From Eledone cirrhosa (lineage: Eukaryota), in NCBI GenBank assembly GCA_964016885.1, contig OZ024762.1, positions 1,860,001 to 1,924,000 on the forward strand: 64,000 nt of DNA, read 5' to 3'. The position numbers and the translations under genes are program-made. A model generated the notes under the pieces. That model worked only from the letters and a program-made list of their open reading frames with translations. It did no database searches and was not told the origin of the DNA. Shown here in pieces: positions 63,685-64,000 of this stretch (position 1 is the stretch's first letter; each line of letters begins with the position of its first letter).

Positions 63685-64000
63685 AGTTTGGTGGTTCACC
63701 AGTCTGGCCTCTTGTCAATTTACTCAGTAATATGAATATATATATATATGATAGCTGCAACTCAATTTTTAGTAATGCCATCACTTGAAACTTAAGTATG
63801 AGCATCACAGACATGGCTTCCTAGTCCTGCTAGGGACTTGCCTATGGCCAGCAATGCCATGCATCACAAAAAATGTCACAGATCAAGCAATGCCTGTGTT
63901 TGAAGCTTTTTTAAGTGAGGAAAGGCTTTGCACGGAGCCAATCCCACTCTCTGAACATCAAATGAATTTACCCAGAAAGTAGAACTGGTCTACATCATTG

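Overview
Eukaryotic, AT-rich, microsatellite-saturated animal DNA. The repeat families suggest a cephalopod mollusc, probably Octopus (inference, not verified). Three host genes can be assembled by hand: (1) GEMIN7 (27991-28263, +); (2) an 11-coding-exon, 407-aa parkin-like RBR E3 ligase (31201-39396, +) with an intact catalytic triad but substitutions at most known parkin autoinhibition and phospho-Ubl activation positions; (3) a 7-exon, 372-aa uncharacterised type I membrane protein with a SUEL/rhamnose-binding-lectin-like Cys-rich domain (62303-45729, -). The largest mobile element is an RTE-clade LINE with an intact 1039-aa APE-RT ORF and a PHD-type finger inside the RT region; a 5.5-kb array of near-identical ~486-bp monomers precedes it and appears to belong to it. 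Also present: truncated RTE, CR1, R4/Dong-like and CRE-like fragments, many SINEs, piggyBac-type MITEs with a variable 72-bp internal array, a nested hAT MITE, and at least eight Penelope-type minimal hammerhead ribozyme motifs, two of them facing outward in a long foldback palindrome. Most short ORFs in the track are translations of microsatellites. All calls were made by eye, and human parkin numbering is from recall.
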